DNA of 61,121 nt, from assembly GCA_020054105.1 (NCBI GenBank), contig JAGVLW010000013.1:1-61121 (forward strand), written 5' to 3'. The position numbers and the translations under genes are program-made. This document shows, piece by piece, positions 18,962 to 28,305 of this stretch. Position 1 is the stretch's first letter; the number at the start of each line of letters is the position of its first letter. Source of the DNA: Alphaproteobacteria bacterium (GTDB lineage Bacteria; Pseudomonadota; Alphaproteobacteria; Rickettsiales; SXRF01). The notes under the pieces are model-generated. The model saw only the letters and a program-made list of their open reading frames with translations. It did no database searches and was not told where the DNA came from.

Positions 18962-20197
18962 ATGAAAAACGCTGCCAACAGCAATTTGAAGTTCCCGATT
19001 TACCTGGATTATCAGGCCACCACGCCGATGGATCCGCGCGTGCTCGACAAAATGCTGCCTTATTTCACCGAAAAATTCGGCAATCCGCATTCGCGCAGCC
19101 ATAGTTACGGCTGGGAGACAGAGGCGGCTTGCGAGCTGGCGCGCAGCCAGGTTGCGCAGCTCATCGGCGCCACCGAGAAGGAAATCGTCTTCACCTCCGG
19201 CGCCACCGAGTCGAATAATATCGCGATTAAGGGCATGGCGCATTTCTACAAAGACAAGAAAAACCATATCATCACGCCGGTCACCGAGCATAAATGCGTG
19301 CTCGATTCGGCGCGCCATCTCGAGCAGGAAGGCTTCGAAGTCACCTACCTGCCGGTACAAAAAAACGGGTTGATCGATCTGGACGTCCTGCGCGCGGCGA
19401 TAAAGGAAAATACGCTGATGGTGTCGGTGATGGCAGTCAATAACGAGATCGGCGTCATCCAGCCGCTCGCCGAAATCGGCAAGCTCTGCCGCGAGAAAGG
19501 CGTGTTTTTCCATACCGACGCGGCGCAGGCTTTCGGCAAAATTCCGCTCGACGTCGAGGCGATGAATATCGATTTGATGAGCATCTCGGGACACAAGATT
19601 TACGGGCCCAAAGGCATCGGCGCGCTGTATGTGCGCCGCCGGCCGCGCATCCGCCTGGAAGCGATATTCTCCGGCGGCGGCCAGGAGCGCGGCTTCCGCT
19701 CGGGCACGCTGCCGACGCCGCTGGTCGTGGGTTTGGGCGAGGCGGCGCGCATTGCCAAGGAAGAAATGGGCAAGGACGCCCTGCATGTGCGCAAGCTCTA
19801 CAACAAATTCCTCACCGAGATTCTCGACGGCGTAAAAGACGTCTATCTCAACGGCGACCGCGAGGCGCGCTGGCCCGGCAACATCAATCTGAGCTTCGCT
19901 TACGTCGAAGGCGAATCGATGATCATGGCGATCAAAGACCTGGCCGTATCGAGCGGCTCGGCCTGCACGTCGGCGTCACTGGAACCGAGCTATGTATTGC
20001 GCTCGATCGGCGTCGGCGAAGAGCTGGCGCATACCTCCATCCGCTTCGGCGTCGGCCGGTTCACTACCATGGAAGAGGTGGAATTTGCGATCAATCTGGT
20101 TAAAAATTCCATCGACAAGCTGCGCGAAATGAGCCCTCTATGGGAAATGGTGCAGGAAGGCGTGGATATATCGAAGATTGAATGGGCGGGACATTAG
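18962..20197 (+). CDS. iscS: Cysteine desulfurase IscS
   Basis: [44 protein letters not shown] and C-terminal IEWAGH. Confidence 0.97.
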   Translation: MKNAANSNLKFPIYLDYQATTPMDPRVLDKMLPYFTEKFGNPHSRSHSYGWETEAACELARSQVAQLIGATEKEIVFTSGATESNNIAIKGMAHFYKDKKNHIITPVTEHKCVLDSARHLEQEGFEVTYLPVQKNGLIDLDVLRAAIKENTLMVSVMAVNNEIGVIQPLAEIGKLCREKGVFFHTDAAQAFGKIPLDVEAMNIDLMSISGHKIYGPKGIGALYVRRRPRIRLEAIFSGGGQERGFRSGTLPTPLVVGLGEAARIAKEEMGKDALHVRKLYNKFLTEILDGVKDVYLNGDREARWPGNINLSFAYVEGESMIMAIKDLAVSSGSACTSASLEPSYVLRSIGVGEELAHTSIRFGVGRFTTMEEVEFAINLVKNSIDKLREMSPLWEMVQEGVDISKIEWAGH

Positions 20198-20209
20198 AAA
20201 GAGAGCACT

Positions 20210-20497
20210 ATGACGACAAAAGACCAATTAATTGAAGCGATAGGTAAAAAAATTGCAGCCTCACAAGATGCCTGCGAATTACTGGAAGAAGATGCACATG
20301 AAGGCGGAAAAGGGCATATTATAGCAGATGTTCGCATGGAGAGCGCTACTGAAAAACTGGCAAACGCCCTTATCGTGGCAGCGGGGGAAGCTGGCGCGAT
20401 GACGGCTTTGAATAGCATGTCCATTACCGATATTACGGCTGCCTTAGAAAGTGCTATGCACAATCGTCCTGTCTCATTTGGGGTAGGAGTAAAATAG
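20210..20497 (+). CDS. Hypothetical protein inserted between iscS and iscU
   Basis: 95 aa AT-richer ORF with its own RBS-like sequence. No known motif. Confidence 0.55.
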   Translation: MTTKDQLIEAIGKKIAASQDACELLEEDAHEGGKGHIIADVRMESATEKLANALIVAAGEAGAMTALNSMSITDITAALESAMHNRPVSFGVGVK

Positions 20498-20507
20498 GAA
20501 AAGAGTT

Positions 20508-20909
20508 ATGGCATATTCAGAAAAAGTAATCGATCATTACGAGAATCCGCGCAACGTGGGCTCGTTGGACAAGGGCGATAATTCCGTCGGTACCGGCCTG
20601 GTCGGCGCGCCGGCTTGCGGCGACGTGATGAAACTGCAAATCAAGGTTGACGAGAAAACCGGCATCATCCAGGACGCGAAGTTCAAGACCTTCGGCTGCG
20701 GCTCGGCCATCGCTTCGAGCTCGCTCGTCACCGAATGGGTCAAGGGCAAGACGGTGGATGAGGCGATGCAGATGAAAAACACCGAAATCGCCGAGCATCT
20801 CTCGCTGCCGCCGGTGAAGATTCATTGCTCGGTGCTCGCCGAAGACGCCATCAAGGCGGTGGTCGCCGATTATAAGAGTAAGCATGGAGCGAAGAGCGAC
20901 GCCGCTTAA
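20508..20909 (+). CDS. iscU: Fe-S cluster scaffold IscU
   Basis: YSEKVIDHYENPRNVGS, GAPACGD, GCGSAIAS and LPPVKIHCS. Confidence 0.98.
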   Translation: MAYSEKVIDHYENPRNVGSLDKGDNSVGTGLVGAPACGDVMKLQIKVDEKTGIIQDAKFKTFGCGSAIASSSLVTEWVKGKTVDEAMQMKNTEIAEHLSLPPVKIHCSVLAEDAIKAVVADYKSKHGAKSDAA

Positions 20910-20911
20910 CA

Positions 20912-20984
20912 AAGTCGTTAGTTGTGAGTCGTTAGTCTTTAGCGACTTACTTGACTAACGACTATCGACTAAGGACTAACGACT
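20912..20984. repeat. Heptamer-built palindromic element (AGTCGTT family), copy 3
   Basis: Left arm aagtcgttagttgtgagtcgttagtctttag, right arm gactaacgactatcgactaaggactaacgact. Fills the iscU-iscA spacer. Confidence 0.85.
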
Positions 20985-20987
20985 ATT

Positions 20988-21323
20988 ATGGCCACACCCG
21001 TCATTTCCATCTCAGATAATGCCATGTCGCGCATCCATGCGCTGCTCGACAAGCGCGGCAAGCCGTCGGCCGGCGTCAAGATCGGCGTGCGCACGCGCGG
21101 CTGCTCGGGGCTTGCTTATACGATCGAATATGCCGACGAGGTGAATAAGTTCGACGAGGTGGTGGAAAAAGACGGCGTAAAAGTGCTCATCGATCCCAAA
21201 GCGATCATGTTCCTCATCGGCACCGAAATGGATTATGTCGAGGAAAAACTCAAGAGCGGCTTCGTTTTTCGCAATCCCAATGAAAAAGGCCGCTGCGGCT
21301 GCGGCGAGTCCTTCCACGTTTAA
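20988..21323 (+). CDS. iscA: Fe-S cluster assembly protein IscA
   Basis: RGCSGLAY, FLIGTEMDY and CGCGESF. Confidence 0.95.
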   Translation: MATPVISISDNAMSRIHALLDKRGKPSAGVKIGVRTRGCSGLAYTIEYADEVNKFDEVVEKDGVKVLIDPKAIMFLIGTEMDYVEEKLKSGFVFRNPNEKGRCGCGESFHV

Positions 21324-21328
21324 ACACG

Positions 21329-21835
21329 ATGGCGTTTTCCGAATATTTCACCCTGCTTTCCATTTTGCCGGCGTTCGATCTTGATCTTACGATGCTCGAG
21401 ACCAACTATTTCGCCGCCCAGCGCCGCTTCCATCCCGACCGCTTTGTCGGAAAGCCTGAGGCGGAGCGCATCGCAGCGCTCGAGCAATCCACTTCCGTCA
21501 ACCAGGGCTACGAGACGTTAAAGGATCCCTATAAGCGCGCGCAATATCTCCTTCTGCTGCAAGGCATTTTCGTCGGCACCGAGAAGGATAACGTCAAGCC
21601 GTCCCATGAGCTGCTGACGGAAGTCATGGAGTTTCGGGAAAGCATGGAAGCAGCCAAAGCCGCGACGGAACTATATGCGCTGGCCGATGAGCTGGAGGAG
21701 ATGCATCAGAGGCTCCAGCGGTTGATTTCGGTTGCCTACGGCAAGGCGCAGTGGGATAAGATGGCGCAACTGGTGCTCAAGCTGGGCTATGTGCAAAAAA
21801 TCCAGCAAGATCTCACACTGCGAATGAAAAAATAG
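21329..21835 (+). CDS. hscB: Fe-S assembly co-chaperone HscB
   Basis: J-domain with HPD (FHPDRF) and NQGYETLKDP.RAQY. Position in the isc operon. Confidence 0.92.
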   Translation: MAFSEYFTLLSILPAFDLDLTMLETNYFAAQRRFHPDRFVGKPEAERIAALEQSTSVNQGYETLKDPYKRAQYLLLLQGIFVGTEKDNVKPSHELLTEVMEFRESMEAAKAATELYALADELEEMHQRLQRLISVAYGKAQWDKMAQLVLKLGYVQKIQQDLTLRMKK

Positions 21836-21838
21836 GCG

Positions 21839-23704
21839 ATGTCCCACCTGCTGCAAATACACGAACCCGGCCAGACGCCGCTGCCGCACGAGGATACGGC
21901 GGCCGTGGGCATCGATCTGGGCACCACCCATTCGGTCGTGGCGATCGCATCGGGCGAGCGCGCCGAGGTCGTCCATAACATCCACGGCCATGCGCTGGTG
22001 CCGTCGGTGGTGTATTACGGCGAAGACGGCCTCGTCGAGGTGGGCTACCCAGCCAAGAAACGTTACGAGGCCGGGCAAAAGGGCGCTATCGCCTCGATCA
22101 AGCGACTGATGGGCCGCGGCGTCGAGGACATCAAACCGTTGCTGGGCAACATGCCTTACGAAATCGCGCAGCAAGCAGGCATCGTGCGCATCAAGGCCGG
22201 CGGGCGCGAAGTCACTGCTGTCGAAGTGTCGGCGGAGATTCTGAAAGAATTGAAAAAAAATGCCGAGCGGGCGCTGGGAAAAGAGGTGACGAAAGCCGTC
22301 ATTACCGTCCCCGCCTATTTCGACGATGCCGCCCGCGCCGCCACCAAGGATGCAGCGAAATTGGCCGGGTTGGAAGTATTGCGCCTCATCAACGAACCGA
22401 CGGCGGCGGCGCTGGCTTACGGGCTGGATAAGGGCGCCCAAGGCATTTATGCGATTTACGATCTGGGCGGCGGCACGTTCGACATTTCGCTGCTGAAGCT
22501 GGAGCAGGGCGTGTTCCAGGTACTCTCCACCGGCGGCGATACGGCGCTCGGCGGCGACGATTTCGATCAGGCGATTGCCGCCTGGTTGCTGGCCGAACTC
22601 AAGCTGGGCGCTACGGCATTGCGTAGCGAAGAGGTAGGCGCGCTGGTGGCGCTGGCGCGCGAAGCCAAGCACCGGCTGAGCACGGAGGAAAGCACGCTTT
22701 TGCAATACCGCGAAAAATCCATCGCCATAACGCGGCGGCATTTCGACGATCTGATTACTTTATATGTCGATAAGACGATCGCCGTCTGCACGCAGGCGCT
22801 CGCCGATGCCAAATTATCGACGGCGGACATTAAAGGCGTCGTCATGGTCGGCGGCTCGACGCGCGTGAAGCTGGTCATCGAAAGAGTAGGGGAGTTCTTC
22901 AGCAAGCCGCCGCTGACCGACGTGAACCCGGACGAAGTGGTCGCGCTCGGCGCTGCGATCCAGGCATACGGCCTTACGCAAGGCTCGGATAATCTCTTGA
23001 TCGACGTCATTCCGCTGTCGCTCGGGCTGGAGACGATGGGCGGGCTTTGCGAAAAAATCATCGAGCGCAATACGCCGATTCCGGTGTCGGTATCGCAGGA
23101 ATTCACGACCTATCAGGACGGCCAGACCGGGATGCAGCTGCAAATCGTCCAGGGCGAGCGCGAAATGGTCGCCGATAACCGGTCGCTGGCCAAATTCGAG
23201 CTGGCGGGTATTCCGCCGCTGCCGGCCGGGATTGCGCGCATCAAGGTGACGTTTAGCGTCGATGCCGACGGGCTACTGACCGTCTCGGCGGAGGAAAAAA
23301 CCACCGGCGCGCGCCAATCCGTTCATGTCAAGCCGGCCTATGGGCTTGCACCGGAGCAGATCGAGAAAATGCTGCTCGATAGTATGCAAAACGCGCAAAA
23401 AGACATGAATGAGCGGTTGCTTGCCGAGGCGAGGGTAGAAGCCCGGCGCGCGGTCATCGAGCTGGAATCGGCGGTGAAACAGGATGGCGACCTGCTGAGC
23501 GATGCCGAGCGCAAGCAGGTCGAGCGCCAGATTGCCGTGGTGCACACCGCCGCGCAGGGCGATGACCGCGACTACATCGCCGCCGAGATGCAGGAGCTTG
23601 GCCGCATCGCCGCCGGCTTCGCCGAAAGAAGAATGGACAGGGCGATAGGCGTTGCGCTAAAAGGGGCGCATATAGACACTGTGGAGACCAAGAAACATGC
23701 CTAA
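21839..23704 (+). CDS. hscA: Fe-S assembly chaperone HscA
   Basis: [11 protein letters not shown] start, [26 protein letters not shown] and VGGSTR (Hsp70). Confidence 0.96.
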   Translation: MSHLLQIHEPGQTPLPHEDTAAVGIDLGTTHSVVAIASGERAEVVHNIHGHALVPSVVYYGEDGLVEVGYPAKKRYEAGQKGAIASIKRLMGRGVEDIKPLLGNMPYEIAQQAGIVRIKAGGREVTAVEVSAEILKELKKNAERALGKEVTKAVITVPAYFDDAARAATKDAAKLAGLEVLRLINEPTAAALAYGLDKGAQGIYAIYDLGGGTFDISLLKLEQGVFQVLSTGGDTALGGDDFDQAIAAWLLAELKLGATALRSEEVGALVALAREAKHRLSTEESTLLQYREKSIAITRRHFDDLITLYVDKTIAVCTQALADAKLSTADIKGVVMVGGSTRVKLVIERVGEFFSKPPLTDVNPDEVVALGAAIQAYGLTQGSDNLLIDVIPLSLGLETMGGLCEKIIERNTPIPVSVSQEFTTYQDGQTGMQLQIVQGEREMVADNRSLAKFELAGIPPLPAGIARIKVTFSVDADGLLTVSAEEKTTGARQSVHVKPAYGLAPEQIEKMLLDSMQNAQKDMNERLLAEARVEARRAVIELESAVKQDGDLLSDAERKQVERQIAVVHTAAQGDDRDYIAAEMQELGRIAAGFAERRMDRAIGVALKGAHIDTVETKKHA

Positions 23705-24035
23705 GGTAATTTTCGTTTCACCCGATGGGAAAGAGCAAACCTTCGACGTGCAAAACGGCGTTTCATTGCTGGAAGTGGCGCACCGCAACGGCGTGCCGCT
23801 GGAAGGCGCCTGCGAAGGATCGCTGGCCTGCTCGACCTGCCATGTCATCGTCGCGCCCGAATGGTTCGAGAAATTGAAGCCCAGCAGCGAGGACGAGGAA
23901 GACATGCTCGACCTGGCGTTCGGCCTGACGCATACGTCGCGGCTTGGCTGTCAGATCATGATGAGCGACGCGCTCGACGGCATTCGCGTGACGCTGCCCG
24001 CCGCCACGCGCAACATGATGGTGGATAAGAAGTAG
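23697..24035 (+). CDS. fdx: [2Fe-2S] ferredoxin, ISC type
   Basis: [14 protein letters not shown] and SRLGCQI. Confidence 0.95.
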   Translation: MPKVIFVSPDGKEQTFDVQNGVSLLEVAHRNGVPLEGACEGSLACSTCHVIVAPEWFEKLKPSSEDEEDMLDLAFGLTHTSRLGCQIMMSDALDGIRVTLPAATRNMMVDKK

Positions 24036-24110
24036 CATAGATACTCTTTGCCTAATTTAAAAAAGCCGATAGTATCCGGTAATAGCTCTCTATTATCTCA
24101 GAAGGTTTTT

Positions 24111-25442
24111 ATGACATTGCGCAAAATGTTCGCCGCTTCCTATCCTTGGAACATCGTCGGCCTGGCGTTTCTCGCATTGGCGCTCGGGGTCGTTTTATTT
24201 TCCGGCACCTCGCCGATCAGCGAAGACACCATCAAGCAAAAACTGCAGGCGTTTTCCGAGCAGGTCGCAAGCGAAGCCATCCTGCGCGGCAAGGAAGCCA
24301 AATTCAGCTATGGCGACGTCGCCATTACCGGCTGGGGATATGACAAGCGGGCCGTCGTCACCGATGTCAGCCTGGAAATATCGGAAAAATCGACGATGGA
24401 GACCAACCGCTGGGGCATATCCACCGCGAAGATGGTGATTACGCCCGACCCGTCGGTTGCCGAGCGGTTGTTTTTTACCTTTCCGGAGCCGATGAACGTC
24501 ATTGCCAACAGCCAGCTCAAGAGCACGGTGAGCTTTTCGTCGCCGCTGCTTTATACTTTCTATGACGGCTCCTTGAAATCGCCGCGCGTGTTCGCGCATG
24601 AAATACGCCTGCCGGAAAAAATCATTTCCACGCCCGCCAGGAATGTCGATGCATCGGCTTCACCGGCAAAACCGCTGATTGTCACGCTGGATAAGGACTC
24701 GCTGATAAGCCTGCGCAGCCATCCCGATTCCGGCGCGCATGAAATCCGCTACGGGTTCAACAACGTCAACATCGTGTTCGAGGACAATTCGGAGATAAAC
24801 ATCGCCGCGCTTAACAGCACGCTCAACGAATCGCCGGCCCAAGGCAATCGCACGAACGGCGAATACACGCTTTCCGTTACCGATATCATTCATCGCGGCG
24901 CGACAACGAACAATCCGTATAGCATGCAAGTCGAGCTTTCCTACGAAAGCGACAGGCCGCAAGCCGGAAAGCCGCTTACGAGCATGGACATCAAGCTCGG
25001 CCGGTTCGCGATCATGAACGATGATTTCAAGCTGCAGGCCAAAGGCAACGTGTCGTTAACGGCTGACGATCCGCTGCCCTACGGCAATGTCGACATGGAA
25101 ATTATCAATGCCGGTAAATTCTTAGCCAGCGAGTTATTGCCGGATATGTTGCGGCCGGCCATCACCAGCCTGTTGGAAAAAACCAACGGCGCCGAGGCGG
25201 TGGCTGCCGGTCGGATTTCCGTGCCGCTCAAGCGCGAGAAAAATGGCGTGTTTTACATCGGCGACAGCACGTTCGAGGAGCTCACCGCCGCCATCGTCTC
25301 CGACCTGCTGAAGCCTCCGGCGGCAGCGCCGGCCGAGCCGGCAACTCCCATAACCGAAGAGCCGGAGATTTCAGTGCCGTCGGCGCCTGCCGCAGAGGAA
25401 GCGATACCGGAAACCCCAAAAGAACCGACCGATGTCAACTAA
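24111..25442 (+). CDS. Hypothetical exported/membrane-anchored protein (possibly DUF2125-like)
   Basis: N-terminal TM segment, beta-rich body, and Pro/Glu/Ala-rich tail. ATG 24111 follows GAAGG. Family assignment is tentative. Confidence 0.65.
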   Translation: MTLRKMFAASYPWNIVGLAFLALALGVVLFSGTSPISEDTIKQKLQAFSEQVASEAILRGKEAKFSYGDVAITGWGYDKRAVVTDVSLEISEKSTMETNRWGISTAKMVITPDPSVAERLFFTFPEPMNVIANSQLKSTVSFSSPLLYTFYDGSLKSPRVFAHEIRLPEKIISTPARNVDASASPAKPLIVTLDKDSLISLRSHPDSGAHEIRYGFNNVNIVFEDNSEINIAALNSTLNESPAQGNRTNGEYTLSVTDIIHRGATTNNPYSMQVELSYESDRPQAGKPLTSMDIKLGRFAIMNDDFKLQAKGNVSLTADDPLPYGNVDMEIINAGKFLASELLPDMLRPAITSLLEKTNGAEAVAAGRISVPLKREKNGVFYIGDSTFEELTAAIVSDLLKPPAAAPAEPATPITEEPEISVPSAPAAEEAIPETPKEPTDVN

Positions 25443-27198
25443 AGCCCATCCGCTGCCCGAATGGGATTTGGGAGATTTTTACAAGGAACCCAAATCGCCC
25501 GCAATCGTCAGGGATTTTGCCCAGGGCGAAAAACTCTGCGCCGATTTCAAGAAGCGCTATGAAGGCAAGATAGCCAAGCTCACCGGCGATCAGCTGGCGA
25601 CCGCAATCAAGGAATATGAAGCGATCCAGGAGCTGCTCGGCAAGCTCGGCTCCTATGCCTCGCTGCTCTTTGCCAAGAACATGACCGAGCCCACGCGCGC
25701 GCAGTTTTACCAGAATACGTCCGAGAAAATCACCACACTGTCGTCGCAGATTTTGTTTTTCACGCTCGACCTCAATAAGCTCTCCGACAAGGAGATGAAG
25801 GAAAAACTTTCTTCGCCTGCGCTCAAGAAATATGCGCCGTGGCTGCGTGATCTGCGCGCCTTCAAGCCCTACCAGCTTTCCGACGAGCTGGAGAAAATGC
25901 TGCACGAAAAATACGTGTCGGGCCGCGCGGCGTGGAACCGGCTGTTCGACGAGACCATCGCCGGCCTGCACTTTCCTTATGGCAAGGAAAGCCTCACTGA
26001 GCCGCAGATTTTCGAGAAGCTTTCCAGCACCGATGGAAGCGTGCGTAAAAAAGCGGCGTTGGCGATAGGCGAAGTGTTCAAGGAAAAAGCGCCGCTCTTT
26101 GCGCTCGTCACCAACACGCTGGCTAAAGATAAGGAGATCGAGGATAAGTGGCGCGGGTTCAAGCAGCCGATTTCCTCGCGTAATTTGAGCAACTATATCG
26201 AGGACGAGGTGGTGGATGCGCTGGTGGCGGCGGTGCGCAAGAGCTATCCCGACCTTTCTCACCGTTACTATAAATTGAAAGCCAAATGGTTTGGCAAGAA
26301 GCAGCTCGATTACTGGGACCGCAACGCGCCGGTGCCCGGCGACGACGACCGCAAATACGGCTGGGACGAATCGCGCGAGCTGGTGCTTTCGTCTTACGCG
26401 CAATTCTCGCCCGCGCTTGCCAAATGCGGCAAGATGTTCTTCGACAAGCCGTGGATCGATGCGGCGGTCACTCCCGGCAAGTCGCCGGGCGCGTTTGCGC
26501 ATCCGACCGTGCCTTCCGTGCATCCGTATCTGCTGGTCAATTTCCAGGGACGCTCGCGCGACGTGATGACGCTGGCGCATGAGCTGGGCCACGGCGTGCA
26601 CCAGGTATTCTCGGCCAAGCAAGGCGCGCTGCTGTGCGATACGCCACTGACCCTGGCCGAAACCGCCTCGGTATTCGGCGAGCAGCTTACCTTCCGCGAG
26701 ATGGTGCGGCGGGAAAAAAATCCCAAGGCGCGCAAACGCCTGATCGCCTCCAAGGTCGAGGACATGCTCAACACCGTCGTGCGCCAGATCGCTTTCTGCG
26801 ATTTCGAGCGCAAGCTGCACGCCGAGCGCCGTCAGGGCGAGGTCACGGTCGAGCGCATCTGCCAGATATGGATGGAGGCGCAGGCCGAAAGCTTAGGCCC
26901 GGCCATCAAGCTCGAAGGAAATTATAAATATTTCTGGACCTACATCCCGCATTTCATCCATACGCCGTTTTACGTCTACGCCTATGCGTTCGGCGATTGT
27001 CTGGTGAACTCGCTCTACGCGGTGTACCAGAAAGGCAAAGTCAAAGACTTCGAGAAAAAATACCTCGCCATGCTCGAAGCCGGCGGCACGTTGCGCCACA
27101 AGGAGCTGCTCGCGCCCTTCGGCCTGGACGCCAGCAACCCCGATTTCTGGCAGCAGGGGCTGGACATTATTTCGGCGATGATCGACGAGTTGGAGTAA
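25432..27198 (+). CDS. pepF: M3 family oligoendopeptidase F
   Basis: PEWDL start, GAFAH, TLAHELGHGVH, LAETASVFGE and HFIHTPFYVYAYAFG. Confidence 0.93.
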   Translation: MSTKAHPLPEWDLGDFYKEPKSPAIVRDFAQGEKLCADFKKRYEGKIAKLTGDQLATAIKEYEAIQELLGKLGSYASLLFAKNMTEPTRAQFYQNTSEKITTLSSQILFFTLDLNKLSDKEMKEKLSSPALKKYAPWLRDLRAFKPYQLSDELEKMLHEKYVSGRAAWNRLFDETIAGLHFPYGKESLTEPQIFEKLSSTDGSVRKKAALAIGEVFKEKAPLFALVTNTLAKDKEIEDKWRGFKQPISSRNLSNYIEDEVVDALVAAVRKSYPDLSHRYYKLKAKWFGKKQLDYWDRNAPVPGDDDRKYGWDESRELVLSSYAQFSPALAKCGKMFFDKPWIDAAVTPGKSPGAFAHPTVPSVHPYLLVNFQGRSRDVMTLAHELGHGVHQVFSAKQGALLCDTPLTLAETASVFGEQLTFREMVRREKNPKARKRLIASKVEDMLNTVVRQIAFCDFERKLHAERRQGEVTVERICQIWMEAQAESLGPAIKLEGNYKYFWTYIPHFIHTPFYVYAYAFGDCLVNSLYAVYQKGKVKDFEKKYLAMLEAGGTLRHKELLAPFGLDASNPDFWQQGLDIISAMIDELE

Positions 27199-27201
27199 TT
27201 T

Positions 27202-27603
27202 CTAACGGCCTCGCGGGGATTGACCGGGTTTATCGCCGCCCACCGCCGCTTCCGCCAGATGTTGCCTTAATGCCGCTACCAACGTCGGCTCGACGGGAAT
27301 AAGAAAAGGTTGAATCTCATCGAAAGTGGCACCTTTTTCATCATTTCCTAATCTGATTGCATTATAGGGCAGGCGGTGAATCATGATAGGCTCGAAGAGC
27401 TGGGCATCTATCGGCGTTTTTGAGCCGTCGGTGACTGCAACAGCCATGCTTAGCCCCGCAAACTGAGAACGGGGCAGGTGCGTAACAAAATGCGTAATGC
27501 GGTCGCCCTTGACGACAAATCCGTAATCCTCCGTTCCCCACATTTTGGAAGCATACATGATGGCGATCGCGCCATCGTCATGAGGATATTTTTTGATGGT
27601 CAT
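27202..27603 (-). CDS. Hypothetical protein (paralog of adjacent ORF)
   Basis: 133 aa. GFVVKGDRITH and LPRSQFAGL align with the neighbour. TAAATG stop-start coupling. Confidence 0.6.
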   Translation of the reverse strand: MTIKKYPHDDGAIAIMYASKMWGTEDYGFVVKGDRITHFVTHLPRSQFAGLSMAVAVTDGSKTPIDAQLFEPIMIHRLPYNAIRLGNDEKGATFDEIQPFLIPVEPTLVAALRQHLAEAAVGGDKPGQSPRGR

Positions 27604-28116
27604 TTATGTCCCCGGAAATTTGTATGTCGGCGGCGGATCATCTGGGCGGGCGCGCGATTGCCAGCTTCCGGGCGGTTTGCCTTGGTGCGTCAGGTAATCT
27701 TCAAGCGCGCGTATTCCTTCCTGTAACATTTGCTCTAACCCTATGCCGACTTCCGCAAAATCATGCCCCTTGGCTTCAAAATGCGTAAGTGCCTGCTCAG
27801 AATTCATGCCGCGGTTGAGCTCAATCAATTGCGCTATCGTCATGGGCTTGCGTAGCGGCGCGATCGTCCAGGTTCTTTCGTCAATCACCGTCTCTTCGGC
27901 ACATTCGAGCAGATAATTGAAATACGGCGTGTTGTCGCCTGCCTGTATGGCTGCGCGCAGACCCGTTATATACTTGCTTTGCGGATACTCGCCTAGAATG
28001 CGGTGCGTAACGTGGTCGCCATCCACAATGAAGCCGGACCTGCTTGCAGACGAATCTACATCGTAGAAAATAAAAGCGGTTTTGCCGTCTCCAAGATCGT
28101 GGCGTTCGATGGGCAT
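27604..28116 (-). CDS. Hypothetical protein (paralog of adjacent ORF)
   Basis: 170 aa, with GFIVDGDHVTH and YPQSKYITGL. Confidence 0.6.
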   Translation of the reverse strand: MPIERHDLGDGKTAFIFYDVDSSASRSGFIVDGDHVTHRILGEYPQSKYITGLRAAIQAGDNTPYFNYLLECAEETVIDERTWTIAPLRKPMTIAQLIELNRGMNSEQALTHFEAKGHDFAEVGIGLEQMLQEGIRALEDYLTHQGKPPGSWQSRARPDDPPPTYKFPGT

Positions 28117-28305
28117 GGGCTGCGTGCTCGTAAAGTGCTGTTTTACCGGAATCCATCATAGCGTTATTTGGTTAAAATATTAACAATTAACCGGCTGTAT
28201 CGCAAACGCTATTTTTCATAAAAAATCGCCTCTATTCTATTGATCCCTCGGCCTAATCTGCTACAAAAAGACATCCGATTAATCTGCCTTAAAAGAGAGC
28301 ATCCC

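Noticed and set aside
17770-20197. Tandem cysteine desulfurases as a novelty
   Set aside because: Two adjacent desulfurase genes are a known feature of alphaproteobacterial and Rickettsiales isc operons.
21671-26820. Long antisense ORFs (for example 21671-22741 and 25435-26820; similarly 32581-33732, 9415-10308, 18920-19786, 51607-52551)
   Set aside because: They are shadows of well-supported genes in GC-rich codon-biased DNA, with no motifs or RBS.
28240-28305. N-terminal extensions in the ORF track for gyrA (and for ugd, secD, hisN, NUDIX, rpmG, the first desulfurase and the DUF192-like gene)
   Set aside because: Family N-termini, RBS or ATGA coupling support the downstream starts used in the feature list.
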